Assembly: GCA_965228855.1 (NCBI GenBank)
Contig: CBDDIJ010000002.1
Coordinates: forward strand, 1,760,001 to 1,824,000
Reading direction: 5' to 3'
DNA: 64,000 nucleotides
Origin: Candidatus Obscuribacterales bacterium
Lineage (GTDB): Bacteria > Cyanobacteriota > Vampirovibrionia > Obscuribacterales > Obscuribacteraceae
Positions 50,147 to 58,217 of the stretch are shown piece by piece. Every line of letters starts with the position of its first letter. Positions within the stretch are counted from its first letter, which is position 1. Position numbers and translations under genes: made by a program. The notes below the pieces were generated by a model. That model was not told the origin of the DNA and searched no databases. It worked only from the letters and a program-made list of their open reading frames with translations.

Positions 50147-50548
50147 ATGAAATATTTTCTTGCAGCATCGTTCTGTCTTGTTGCGCTTTGCCCGTTGGTT
50201 CAAGCTCAGGGCCTGGCTGGTACCGAAGGACTGACTCTGTGTCCGCGTAGTGCACTATCTGCGGGCAAATCAGCAGGAGGCCCGCTTTTGCCTGGCAAAT
50301 CAGACGCAGAACGTTGGCGTCTCGTTCAAAGCAACCTCCAGTCCTTGATTGGAAAAGACAAGGCTGAAATTAAAAAACTGTTCGGCAAGGAAGGTGGCAG
50401 GGGGTTGGAAAAAGACGAGCTCGTTTACCAGGTCACGGCGGCGTCGCAACGTAAACCTGGTGGACTACATTGCATTGACTTGTCCTTGCATTTCGATGAG
50501 AAAGGTTTAGTGCACAGGTTTTCGCTCGCGCGCGTAACGTGGCTCTAG
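50147..50548 (+). CDS. Small secreted protein, paralog family member 2
   Basis: GAGGAG RBS; AQGLAG...GKSDAERW...LIGK...LVYQ motif. Confidence 0.7.
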   Translation: MKYFLAASFCLVALCPLVQAQGLAGTEGLTLCPRSALSAGKSAGGPLLPGKSDAERWRLVQSNLQSLIGKDKAEIKKLFGKEGGRGLEKDELVYQVTAASQRKPGGLHCIDLSLHFDEKGLVHRFSLARVTWL

Positions 50549-51020
50549 AAAATCCTTCATTGTGTCCATCTTTGCTTTCACAGCGGGGTCTGCCTTATAT
50601 CGCTGCAGAATATCTGCGTGAGCCGCTCGCCAGTTTATTCTGAACCGGTCATAACTTGATCTGTACTACTCTTCATATGCTCCGATCTGCGTATCTGCAT
50701 TCAAACATCGAAACAATGGAGGAAGCAACAGCAATCCTCTGCAATCTCCTCAATGCTCCGTTAAAGAATGGACGAAATGGTTGTAAAAAGAAAGCACGAG
50801 CTTCGAGTGGTCGCGTAACGGGACTATGGCCGCATCGGAAGGTACACGACCTTGCGGACACTTTGAAAGTCAGAAATCAGCAAAATTCGATGCATTTCAA
50901 ATGCGATGCAAACTTTGGTGTCTCAGAAACAACTGTCGCTTATGCTGCCTGATCATGTTGGTACCACATCCGGTGCACCGGTTGTTGATGGACATTGCGG
51001 GGTTATCCTTTTCTCTAGGC

Positions 51021-51078
51021 TGGTGGTCGAGGTGGGACTTGAACCCACACGTATTGCTACACTATTTCCTAAGTCTAG
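51021..51078 (-). other. 3' fragment of tRNA-Leu(TAG); att-site remnant
   Basis: Reverse complement ctagacTTAGgaaatag-tgtagcaatac-gtgtgggTTCAAgtcccac-ctcgaccACCA gives anticodon arm, long variable arm, T-arm and CCA. No 5' acceptor strand or D-arm upstream. Confidence 0.75.
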
Positions 51079-51239
51079 GGACTGAAGATGTCTAAGAAAG
51101 GCTTAATCCTGCTTTCAGCAAACCAGTCCTTGGATCCTCGCTTCTTCGATCGCCATAGTTTGGAATTTCGGAGTATACCTTTTGTGCAGCACTATTGGAA
51201 CGAGCGTGCCCTTTTGAGCACGAAGGCGAGGTAGGCAGA

Positions 51240-51689
51240 ATGCGTCGAATACAACCGCAATCGATTATTTGCGAGAGCCCGGATCATTACTCCGTTCTCT
51301 TCAAGAAGACCGATACTCTAGTCGACTATACATTCTCCATCGAGCGGACCGGAGAAACTGGCGTGTTGAATTGCGACCAGCGCGAGTTCTTTTTTGAGAC
51401 TCATGATGACCCAGCAACAAGTTCTCTATTGAAAGCAATCGATTTGTTTGGTGAATTTCGACAACGTGATTCCGGGACATCAGTGCTAAAGTCAATCTCA
51501 GCGGTTTCAGGAAGTCAAAACTCATACGGCGTTGTCGTTCAGACCAAAGACGGGGATGTCGAATTCATTTTCGCAGTTGAAGACCAAGACTTGCCAACTC
51601 TTGTGAGCGCAAATTACGCTTCCGAAATCAGCAGCAGCGATTGCATAAAAGAAATGATCGCTCTTTTTCACCAAGCCAGGAACTCTTAG
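51240..51689 (+). CDS. Orphan immunity-like protein, similar to 36209-36703
   Basis: GAGG RBS; two internal repeats (Y.V.F...V.Y.F.I/V ... A..LF...R), like 36209. Confidence 0.55.
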   Translation: MRRIQPQSIICESPDHYSVLFKKTDTLVDYTFSIERTGETGVLNCDQREFFFETHDDPATSSLLKAIDLFGEFRQRDSGTSVLKSISAVSGSQNSYGVVVQTKDGDVEFIFAVEDQDLPTLVSANYASEISSSDCIKEMIALFHQARNS

Positions 51690-51692
51690 TAC

Positions 51693-52039
51693 TCGGAGTT
51701 ATCGATTCGATGCTTTGAACCCTGGCGTGCTCCAGCTTGCCACCAGCATTGGTGCTGTCCGATCGTCGACTCTCCTGAAATAGTTGCCGCGCCGCATGCC
51801 TGTCCAAACCAAGATTTTGTTCTCTAAACTCCTTGAAGTTGACTCGATCTTCGCCGCGTCCGCCGGCGGTGGCGGCGGTCGCGCAAACGGTTCCAGTTAG
51901 AATCGAGAGTGAAAAAGCCAAAACAAACTGTTAAGAGCGATTCACTTATTCAACCTCATTAGTGCCATTGGTCGGTCGGTCCATACTTACGCGAATGTAA
52001 GAGAGTACTACAAATGCGGGTGATCCGGGTGAACAAAGG
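51693..52039. repeat. ~350-bp direct repeat, copy 2 (truncated pseudogene of the 49657 exoprotein)
   Basis: Start ATG changed to GTG, codon 5 AAA changed to TAA; homology ends after about 84 codons. Confidence 0.9.
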
Positions 52040-52177
52040 AAGAACGGGAGAGCCTGATGTGCCGAGTGGACTGGGTGGGCATAACCGGCTTGCAAATTCA
52101 GCGTCTGGATGAGAATCTGAGACAGTAGATAGGTGGTAGGGGCTTCTCTGGTCTAGTCCACACAGGGAGTGTTCAAT

Positions 52178-52567
52178 ATGAAATCGAGGATGCACTTCTT
52201 CGCCACGGCACTTGTTATTGCTGGTATCGCGTTTTTTGCAGATTCGCCAATCAATGCGCAAGGACTGAAGGGCGCTCAAATGCCCAAGAAGATTCTTGGA
52301 CGCCTGACCTACATCAAAGGAAAAAATGACCAAGAGCGGTGGAGAACTTTTCTTGACGCTCAACCGAAGCTCATAGGGATGTCCCTTAAGGAGGTGGAAA
52401 AGCGCTTTGGGGAAGAGCCAATATGTGAGCGCGATCTGAGCGCAATAGAATACGGCTTAACAGAAGAACCAGTCAAATCAGGCGTAAAAGACAATCGCTG
52501 GCTTCATGTCACGATATTTTTTCGCAATGGCATCGCGTGGAAGTATGTTGTAGAAGCCGTCAAATAG
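52178..52567 (+). CDS. Small secreted protein, paralog family member 3
   Basis: AQGLKG...GKNDQERW..F...Q..LIGMS..EV...FG...EYG motif. Confidence 0.7.
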   Translation: MKSRMHFFATALVIAGIAFFADSPINAQGLKGAQMPKKILGRLTYIKGKNDQERWRTFLDAQPKLIGMSLKEVEKRFGEEPICERDLSAIEYGLTEEPVKSGVKDNRWLHVTIFFRNGIAWKYVVEAVK

Positions 52568-53827
52568 CTATATGTCACTGCGTTTGTGTCCCGAATGAAC
52601 CCATTGTTTTATATAGTGTTCAACTGCCGGTTTGTTTCTTTGGAAGTTTGAAGCGTACGAATTGTAGAAGCTTGCGTAGTGCTCACCATAAGGTTTTGCG
52701 TTTTTACTTGCAGGTTTAGCAGTTCGCAGAAACTCAAGCAATCCTTGTTCGCCATTTTGGATTGCATACTGTCGGGTTTCAATAAAATCTCTTTGCCCGT
52801 TATCGGCTCGGTAGTAGAAAAATTTGGCGGGTTCGCCGTTCTTGTACAGTTCTTGCTGCACTTTGGCTTCTGTTAACATCGAAGCTGCTTCGCCTCGCAT
52901 GAAGATGTCTTCAAATTCTTTAGGGCTTACGATTCCATGATCGTAGAGTTTCGACAAGAACTGGTGAGTTGCATGAAACCCCTCATGGGCGAAGTTTTCC
53001 GTTTGCTTTTTCGCCGAATCTTGCGGTCTGATTATTATCGTGCTTGCCAGCTCATCATATTCAGTATTATCTGCTCGCGAGTCGAATTTGATGTGTATTT
53101 TGTCCGCCCATGGACAGTCGTTTAATCTGTCGACGACCTCCTCTAGAGTTTTGGATTTGCCAGGATTGCCATCTTTCAAAGTCTTCGAACGTTCATAAGC
53201 ATCTATGAATGGTGTTTTGTAGTATTCCAAGACTTGCTTCAGAGGCAGATTGTCGCCGTCTTTCGGAACCAAATTGTTCAGCTCGGTTCTATTTAGATAG
53301 TCATCGCGCAGTGCTAACTTCTCTGTTGATCGCGTGTTGAAATCGCCGCGAACTTCATCAGGTTGTTGTGTTGTTTCGATAATCGGAGCGCTCGGTGTTG
53401 TGTTTGATGCGGCGAGAATTTGTTCTTTGGAATTCTCCGATTTCTGAGCGGCAGCCAGAGCCTCTCTCGCCTTACGCTCGATGTACTCAATGGAAAAAAT
53501 TCCTTGCGCCTGCTCATCAGAGCCGATTGCCTTGAGCCCTTCTACAAAGGAAGGATTTGGATCGATCGAGATTTTCTGGGAGCGCTCCCTCGGTCTTTCC
53601 TGTTTTTTGCCTTTGTCGAGAGCCGTTAAGTCACCTTCGATGCTGAAGCTCTCGTGAAGTGCGGGCATAATTTCCGATGGATGTTTATCGTCCTTATGAG
53701 TCGCCGCAAAGGCTTTGTCGTGCACCTTCTGGTTCGGCTTGCTGGAGATAACGCTGTCCTGTTTTGTTGCGTCGGACGGCGGTTGGATTTTTGGCGCTTC
53801 TAACTTTTGCTCTGTTTCGTCAGTCAT
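52568..53827 (-). CDS. Toxin/effector-like protein with a C-terminal HExxH zinc metallopeptidase
   Basis: ENFAHEGFHATHQ followed by a third ligand in GEAASM; disordered acidic N-terminus without a signal peptide. Confidence 0.7.
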   Translation of the reverse strand: MTDETEQKLEAPKIQPPSDATKQDSVISSKPNQKVHDKAFAATHKDDKHPSEIMPALHESFSIEGDLTALDKGKKQERPRERSQKISIDPNPSFVEGLKAIGSDEQAQGIFSIEYIERKAREALAAAQKSENSKEQILAASNTTPSAPIIETTQQPDEVRGDFNTRSTEKLALRDDYLNRTELNNLVPKDGDNLPLKQVLEYYKTPFIDAYERSKTLKDGNPGKSKTLEEVVDRLNDCPWADKIHIKFDSRADNTEYDELASTIIIRPQDSAKKQTENFAHEGFHATHQFLSKLYDHGIVSPKEFEDIFMRGEAASMLTEAKVQQELYKNGEPAKFFYYRADNGQRDFIETRQYAIQNGEQGLLEFLRTAKPASKNAKPYGEHYASFYNSYASNFQRNKPAVEHYIKQWVHSGHKRSDI

Positions 53828-54217
53828 AACAGGCGCTCGCCGGAATTCCTGTCCATTATAAGCGACAGGCAAAGGTGATCAGTCGCCGTAGCGGCAAGGA
53901 ACAGTAGGGGTGGACTTTCAGGATACGAAAAAAGGGCAAACGCAGCTTAGGACATTTGCTTCCCTCGAATCTATCATCTCTAAGACCAGAGGTATCCGTT
54001 GGTTTCCCCTGGACGGCGCCTTCGCGGACCTGGGTTATAGAGTTGAGAACGCGGTCTCCGAGCCCATTCCATGCATCACAATCTATCAACAGAGTTTTGT
54101 TTTCTTCAGAATTGGCGGAGAGCTCTTTAATTCCTGGAGAGGCGCTTAGGTTGTTCAAAAACACCAACAATGAAAAAATCGGCTTGCCTCAACAGGCTGC
54201 CGACTCTTCAACGGAAT

Positions 54218-54264
54218 TGGTTGCGGGGGTAAGATTTGAACTTACGACCTTTGGGTTATGAGCC
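54218..54264 (-). other. 3' half of initiator tRNA-Met; att site of the integrative element
   Basis: Reverse complement ggctCATaacccaaaggtcgtaagTTCAAatcttacccccgcaACCA matches tRNA-fMet from the anticodon arm to CCA. The 5' half is absent. It lies 170 bp from the integrase. Confidence 0.88.
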
Positions 54265-54391
54265 AAAATTTGATGACTTTGACTGGAGTTCCGAACTCAT
54301 AACGAAACCCTCCGACTCTGCGCCCCATTGGGGCTTTCGGGATTTAATCTGGTTGACCGGATTTGACCACTCCGGCCGATTTATAATGGAT

Positions 54392-54414
54392 TTGCATTAG
54401 GCATTGCATTAGGC
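54392..54414. repeat. Tandem 11-bp direct repeat TTGCATTAGGC, probable integrase arm-binding sites
   Basis: Copies at 54392-54402 and 54404-54414, between the att core and the integrase start. Confidence 0.55.
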
Positions 54415-54435
54415 GTTTGGTTTTGGGTAGGAACG

Positions 54436-55782
54436 ATGGCAGAAAGCGAAAAAACGGGCAAGAAGTTCACAGCGAAGGCAATTCGGGCATTTGAGTGCCC
54501 CGCCCATTTGAAGCAGCATTACTTTTTCGTGCTTCCCGACGTTCATCTTTACGTTTCCGTCGGGAGGGGCGGGAAAAAGGCGTTCTGTTTCCGTATATAT
54601 GAATCAAAAGAGCGCCGTTGGCGCACCCTGGATTTGAATTGTAAGTTCGAAGATAAACTCCCGGACGCGCTATTACGGGACGTCATGCTCGAAGCGCAAT
54701 CAAGAGCGGCTGAACTTACCGCACGTCTAAATCGCGGTGAAAACGTTTTTGATCAGACACGCAAAGAATCCCCGGTTAGCCTTCAGGAGCTGTTCGATCA
54801 TTATAAGGAGCACCACCTTGAGAAAAGAGGAAAGCGCGTTCTAGACAACGAGAATAACTTCAAACGTTGGTTCGCCAAGAAGAATCTGGCCAAGAAAAAA
54901 GCGAATGAGTTTTCCCACGAGGACGCAGCGCGACTTCACTCGTCAATGGAGGAAACGCCGGGTAGTGCAAACCGCGCTGTGCAGCTTGGTCGCGCGATGT
55001 ACAACTTTGGCATCAAAACTCATTTTATTTCGCGTACAGATAATCCTTTTGCCGGAGTCTCGTTGTACCGGGAGAACGAGCGAGACAGAGTGCTGTCAGA
55101 CGAAGAGGCGGCTAAACTTTTGAACGAGCTTGAAGCTATACCCGCGATTCATTCGAGAGAACGGACATTACGCGACTTCATTCTGCTCTCCCTTTTGACA
55201 GGCGCGCGTAAGTCAAATGTAATGACAATGCGCTGGGAGGAAGTCGATCTAAAGAACGCTACCTGGAGCATCCCAGCAGAGAAAACGAAAACTCTGCGCG
55301 CACAAATAATTCCGCTCGGTGAGACTGAGAACGAGGTGCTCACCGACCGTAAAAGGCTGCTCAAAAATTCTGCGGAGATTGAGCGCGATTGCCCCTGGGT
55401 CTTCCCGGGAAAAGGAGCCGCCGGACATATGGTTGATCCAGGCAACGCCTGGGAATCACTTCGCAAAAGGCTTGGGATGAGCGACCTCTGGATTCACGAT
55501 TTGCGCAGAAGCTTGGCATCGTCAATGGCCAATACAGGCGCAGACGTTTCGGTTGTCAGGGCTGCCCTCAACCACACCGACACACGAACCACGCTAAAGG
55601 CATACATTCGTACGAGCCAGCAAGTACAACTGGAAGCAAGGCAGAGGGCGCAAGGGGCTTGGTTTGAGGCTGCGAAGCGCCAAAAAGAGGCTCCCGAGGA
55701 TTCAGCCTCGGAAGAATCTAGAAACAAGCCTGCACAACGCAAGCCGAAGTCAAAACGCAACCCCGTCAAGCAAAAGTCCTAA
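54436..55782 (+). CDS. int: Tyrosine recombinase/integrase (P4-like with arm-binding N-terminal domain)
   Basis: TGARKSNV (R), KTK, HDLRR (HxxR), LNH, AY (catalytic Tyr). Confidence 0.93.
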   Translation: MAESEKTGKKFTAKAIRAFECPAHLKQHYFFVLPDVHLYVSVGRGGKKAFCFRIYESKERRWRTLDLNCKFEDKLPDALLRDVMLEAQSRAAELTARLNRGENVFDQTRKESPVSLQELFDHYKEHHLEKRGKRVLDNENNFKRWFAKKNLAKKKANEFSHEDAARLHSSMEETPGSANRAVQLGRAMYNFGIKTHFISRTDNPFAGVSLYRENERDRVLSDEEAAKLLNELEAIPAIHSRERTLRDFILLSLLTGARKSNVMTMRWEEVDLKNATWSIPAEKTKTLRAQIIPLGETENEVLTDRKRLLKNSAEIERDCPWVFPGKGAAGHMVDPGNAWESLRKRLGMSDLWIHDLRRSLASSMANTGADVSVVRAALNHTDTRTTLKAYIRTSQQVQLEARQRAQGAWFEAAKRQKEAPEDSASEESRNKPAQRKPKSKRNPVKQKS

Positions 55783-55919
55783 GCCTTAGGTCTCAGATAA
55801 GCTAAAAGCTACTTACCAAACCCGCTAGGGCTCATCAGATGAGACTTCCGGGGATAACCTACCTCTGCCACAACAGGAGCGACCCGTTCCTATATAATAA
55901 GTTTGCCCCGCATGAAAAA

Positions 55920-55976
55920 TGGTTTGGGCTAAACCAAAAATAGTTAGTTGCAAACTAAATTGCTTTGGTGTATAAC
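55920..55976 (+). promoter_or_regulatory. Sigma70-like promoter with overlapping palindromic operator(s)
   Basis: TTGCAA(55948)-N17-TATAAC(55971). Palindrome TTAGTT-gca-AACTAA 55944-58 lies over the -35 box; a second inverted repeat TGGTTT-gggct-AAACCA is at 55920-36. Confidence 0.6.
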
Positions 55977-56007
55977 TAAAGCATCGGGTTATGCAAGGAA
56001 CGCCATC

Positions 56008-56277
56008 GTGAGCAAATCAACAAAGCACATGCAAGGACGGATGTCTCAAAGAGCTATCAAATCAGAGCTGGTTCAACTGACCCAACAGTACGGGCATCAG
56101 GACGGGGACAAAGTTGTCCTCACGAAGAAGTCCCTAATCATGCTCCAAAGCGAGCTGGACGCTCTGAAAAAGACCGTTCAAGAAGCATTGAAAAAGGGCG
56201 GAGTTGTAGTGGTGGAGTCTGGTGACACCATGATTACAACTTACCGGCTCGACAGCTACAAGCGGATGGCCAGCTAA
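56008..56277 (+). CDS. DUF4258-like small protein
   Basis: GTG start with AAGGA RBS; TKHMQGRMSQRAI...YG...VVVV.SGDTMITTY. Confidence 0.7.
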   Translation: MSKSTKHMQGRMSQRAIKSELVQLTQQYGHQDGDKVVLTKKSLIMLQSELDALKKTVQEALKKGGVVVVESGDTMITTYRLDSYKRMAS

Positions 56278-58151
56278 TGCAACTTGAACAACAGTTTTTA
56301 GACATCGGCACAATAAAGCAAGAGGCAATCATCAACCAGCTTCTGAACAGCTTGGGCCGCGAGCTTGCTGCTCATGATTCGGTAAGTGCACTTTGTCTTC
56401 TACTAAGCTGGGCCAAGTTAAGTGCCGACAGATTTTTGACTGGCGACTTGAACTTGACCACGATCATCAATAGCCCAAAACCGCCTTCTCGTGAGGATCT
56501 GCAAAGACTTCTTGGAAAGATTGCGTCGAAGCTTGAAGATCAGAACCCGAATATATTTATCACCGAAAGTTGGATTGCTGGCAGAGTGCATCCACAAACT
56601 TTTTGGAATACATTGCATCTAATTGCAGACTTGGCCTTGATTGACGAAAGCACCGATTTCGAGACATTTTTTTTCGCCCTCATCAAAGTGCTGCAGGCTA
56701 ACAGCACTAAAGAGATGGGAGAAAGTCTAATACCACTTGAACTCGCGGACCTGCTGGTCCGACTCTCCGTCGGCACTGGAACTAAATCGCTCTATTGCAC
56801 GCACAGCGCAGCTGGCACGCCTGCCATCTTGGCCGCGAAAAACAAAATTTCCGTGCACGGAGAACAGCGGCGTGCCGATGTGCTGCTGCTGACCGCAAAC
56901 ATTCTCTGTAGCAGCAAGATTCAGATTCGTGTATCAGACCCCCTGCATTCCCCGAGCTGGGTTATGGGTGGAGAACTTATTGAGTTTGACGCTGCCATCT
57001 CGTGTCCACCCTTCGGCGTTCGATACGATCTCAACGTTGAGACTGATCAGTTCGTTCGATTTCCCGAGAAGTCTCTGACCTCCGAAGTGCTAGAAATCAG
57101 ACACTGCCTCGCACAAAGCAAGTCGACAGTGGCGGCATTAGTTCCTATGGCTTTGCTGATGCGCACCGCAGGTGGTGAGCGCGATTTTCGAAGAAGCATA
57201 ATAGATTCTGGTCTTCTACGAGCAGTGATAAGCCTGCCGCCGGGCGTTTTGCTTAACACTAACATTCCAACTGCCATTATCTTGTTAGACAAAACGAAAA
57301 GTGCCGAGCCAATTCTGTTCGTTGATTTAACAGGGCTAGATCGATTTATCGTTTCGAGCAAACGCGGAAGTCGAGCCTGGCTAAAGAACGTCGACCAACT
57401 GGCAGATGAAGTTTTGGGCAATACCGAAAGTGTTTACGCTCGCCTGGTAGATGGCAGCGGAGAAACAATCGCTGCTAACGAATATAGCCTCGATCCGGGC
57501 CGCTACGTTCTTTCGGAAGACGAACAGCGTTTTACGGAGTACATGGCAAAACAGAAAACAGTGCCGTTAAAGTCCCTGTGCGACATAATCCGTTGCCAGC
57601 TTGTCGAAGATCCGAAGCGCAAGGCTGCCAGACAATTTCGTGAGGTTACCGTCAGCGACATTGAACAATCAGGCTTGCTCCGAACGCCATACAAAATTGT
57701 ATCGGCAAGCGATGTTACCGAAAAGTTCGCCGCGAAGCAGCGCCTCTTCCCTGGCGATGTTCTTTTGTCTGTCAAAGGGAGTGTGGGGCAAGTGGCGTAC
57801 GTAACTCAGGAAGTTGGCCCTGACTGGATTGCCAGCCAAAACTTTGTAATTTTGAGAGTTGACAATGGTCCTATCAGCCCGGAGGTCTTGTTCCGGTATT
57901 TGCGTTCTGAAATAGGAAAACGCTTGCTTAAAATGTCCGCAGGCGGTTCCACCATCCCGCTCCTGAGCACAAAGGCGGTTGAGCACCTCGAAGTGATAGT
58001 ACCATCACGGCAAGAACAAGCCGCGGTCGAAGCAATGCACGAGAACGCGCTGCGAATACATACAGAGATTGGTCAACTTTTACAGGAAGTATCAGAACTG
58101 GAAGGCTCAAAGTGGAGTTTGTCGGAAGTTTCAGGAGGTGGCCATGAATAG
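56277..58151 (+). CDS. HsdM-like N6-methyltransferase fused to an HsdS-like target recognition domain; catalytic motifs degenerate
   Basis: SCPPFG in place of NPPF and CTHSAAGT in place of DPACGTG; RAVISLPPG; C-terminal GDVLLSVKGSVG...GSTIPLLS...L.VIVPS.QEQ. Confidence 0.85.
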   Translation: MQLEQQFLDIGTIKQEAIINQLLNSLGRELAAHDSVSALCLLLSWAKLSADRFLTGDLNLTTIINSPKPPSREDLQRLLGKIASKLEDQNPNIFITESWIAGRVHPQTFWNTLHLIADLALIDESTDFETFFFALIKVLQANSTKEMGESLIPLELADLLVRLSVGTGTKSLYCTHSAAGTPAILAAKNKISVHGEQRRADVLLLTANILCSSKIQIRVSDPLHSPSWVMGGELIEFDAAISCPPFGVRYDLNVETDQFVRFPEKSLTSEVLEIRHCLAQSKSTVAALVPMALLMRTAGGERDFRRSIIDSGLLRAVISLPPGVLLNTNIPTAIILLDKTKSAEPILFVDLTGLDRFIVSSKRGSRAWLKNVDQLADEVLGNTESVYARLVDGSGETIAANEYSLDPGRYVLSEDEQRFTEYMAKQKTVPLKSLCDIIRCQLVEDPKRKAARQFREVTVSDIEQSGLLRTPYKIVSASDVTEKFAAKQRLFPGDVLLSVKGSVGQVAYVTQEVGPDWIASQNFVILRVDNGPISPEVLFRYLRSEIGKRLLKMSAGGSTIPLLSTKAVEHLEVIVPSRQEQAAVEAMHENALRIHTEIGQLLQEVSELEGSKWSLSEVSGGGHE

Positions 58152-58217
58152 CGCGGACCACCGTCACGGGTATACCTTATCTGAGGCCACTTTTGTATCG
58201 CCCGCAGGAGGCTCAAA

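Noticed and set aside
49405..52039. Direct repeat as a DGR template/variable repeat pair
   Set aside because: Mismatches are not adenine-restricted and include indels, the repeat covers a promoter and N-terminus, and it is 24 kb from the RT.
53856..54261. Overlapping ~100-aa ORFs next to the att site
   Set aside because: Mutually overlapping, no motifs, and one reads through the tRNA fragment.
54218..54264. Intact tRNA-Met gene
   Set aside because: The 5' acceptor strand and D-arm are missing; it is an att fragment.
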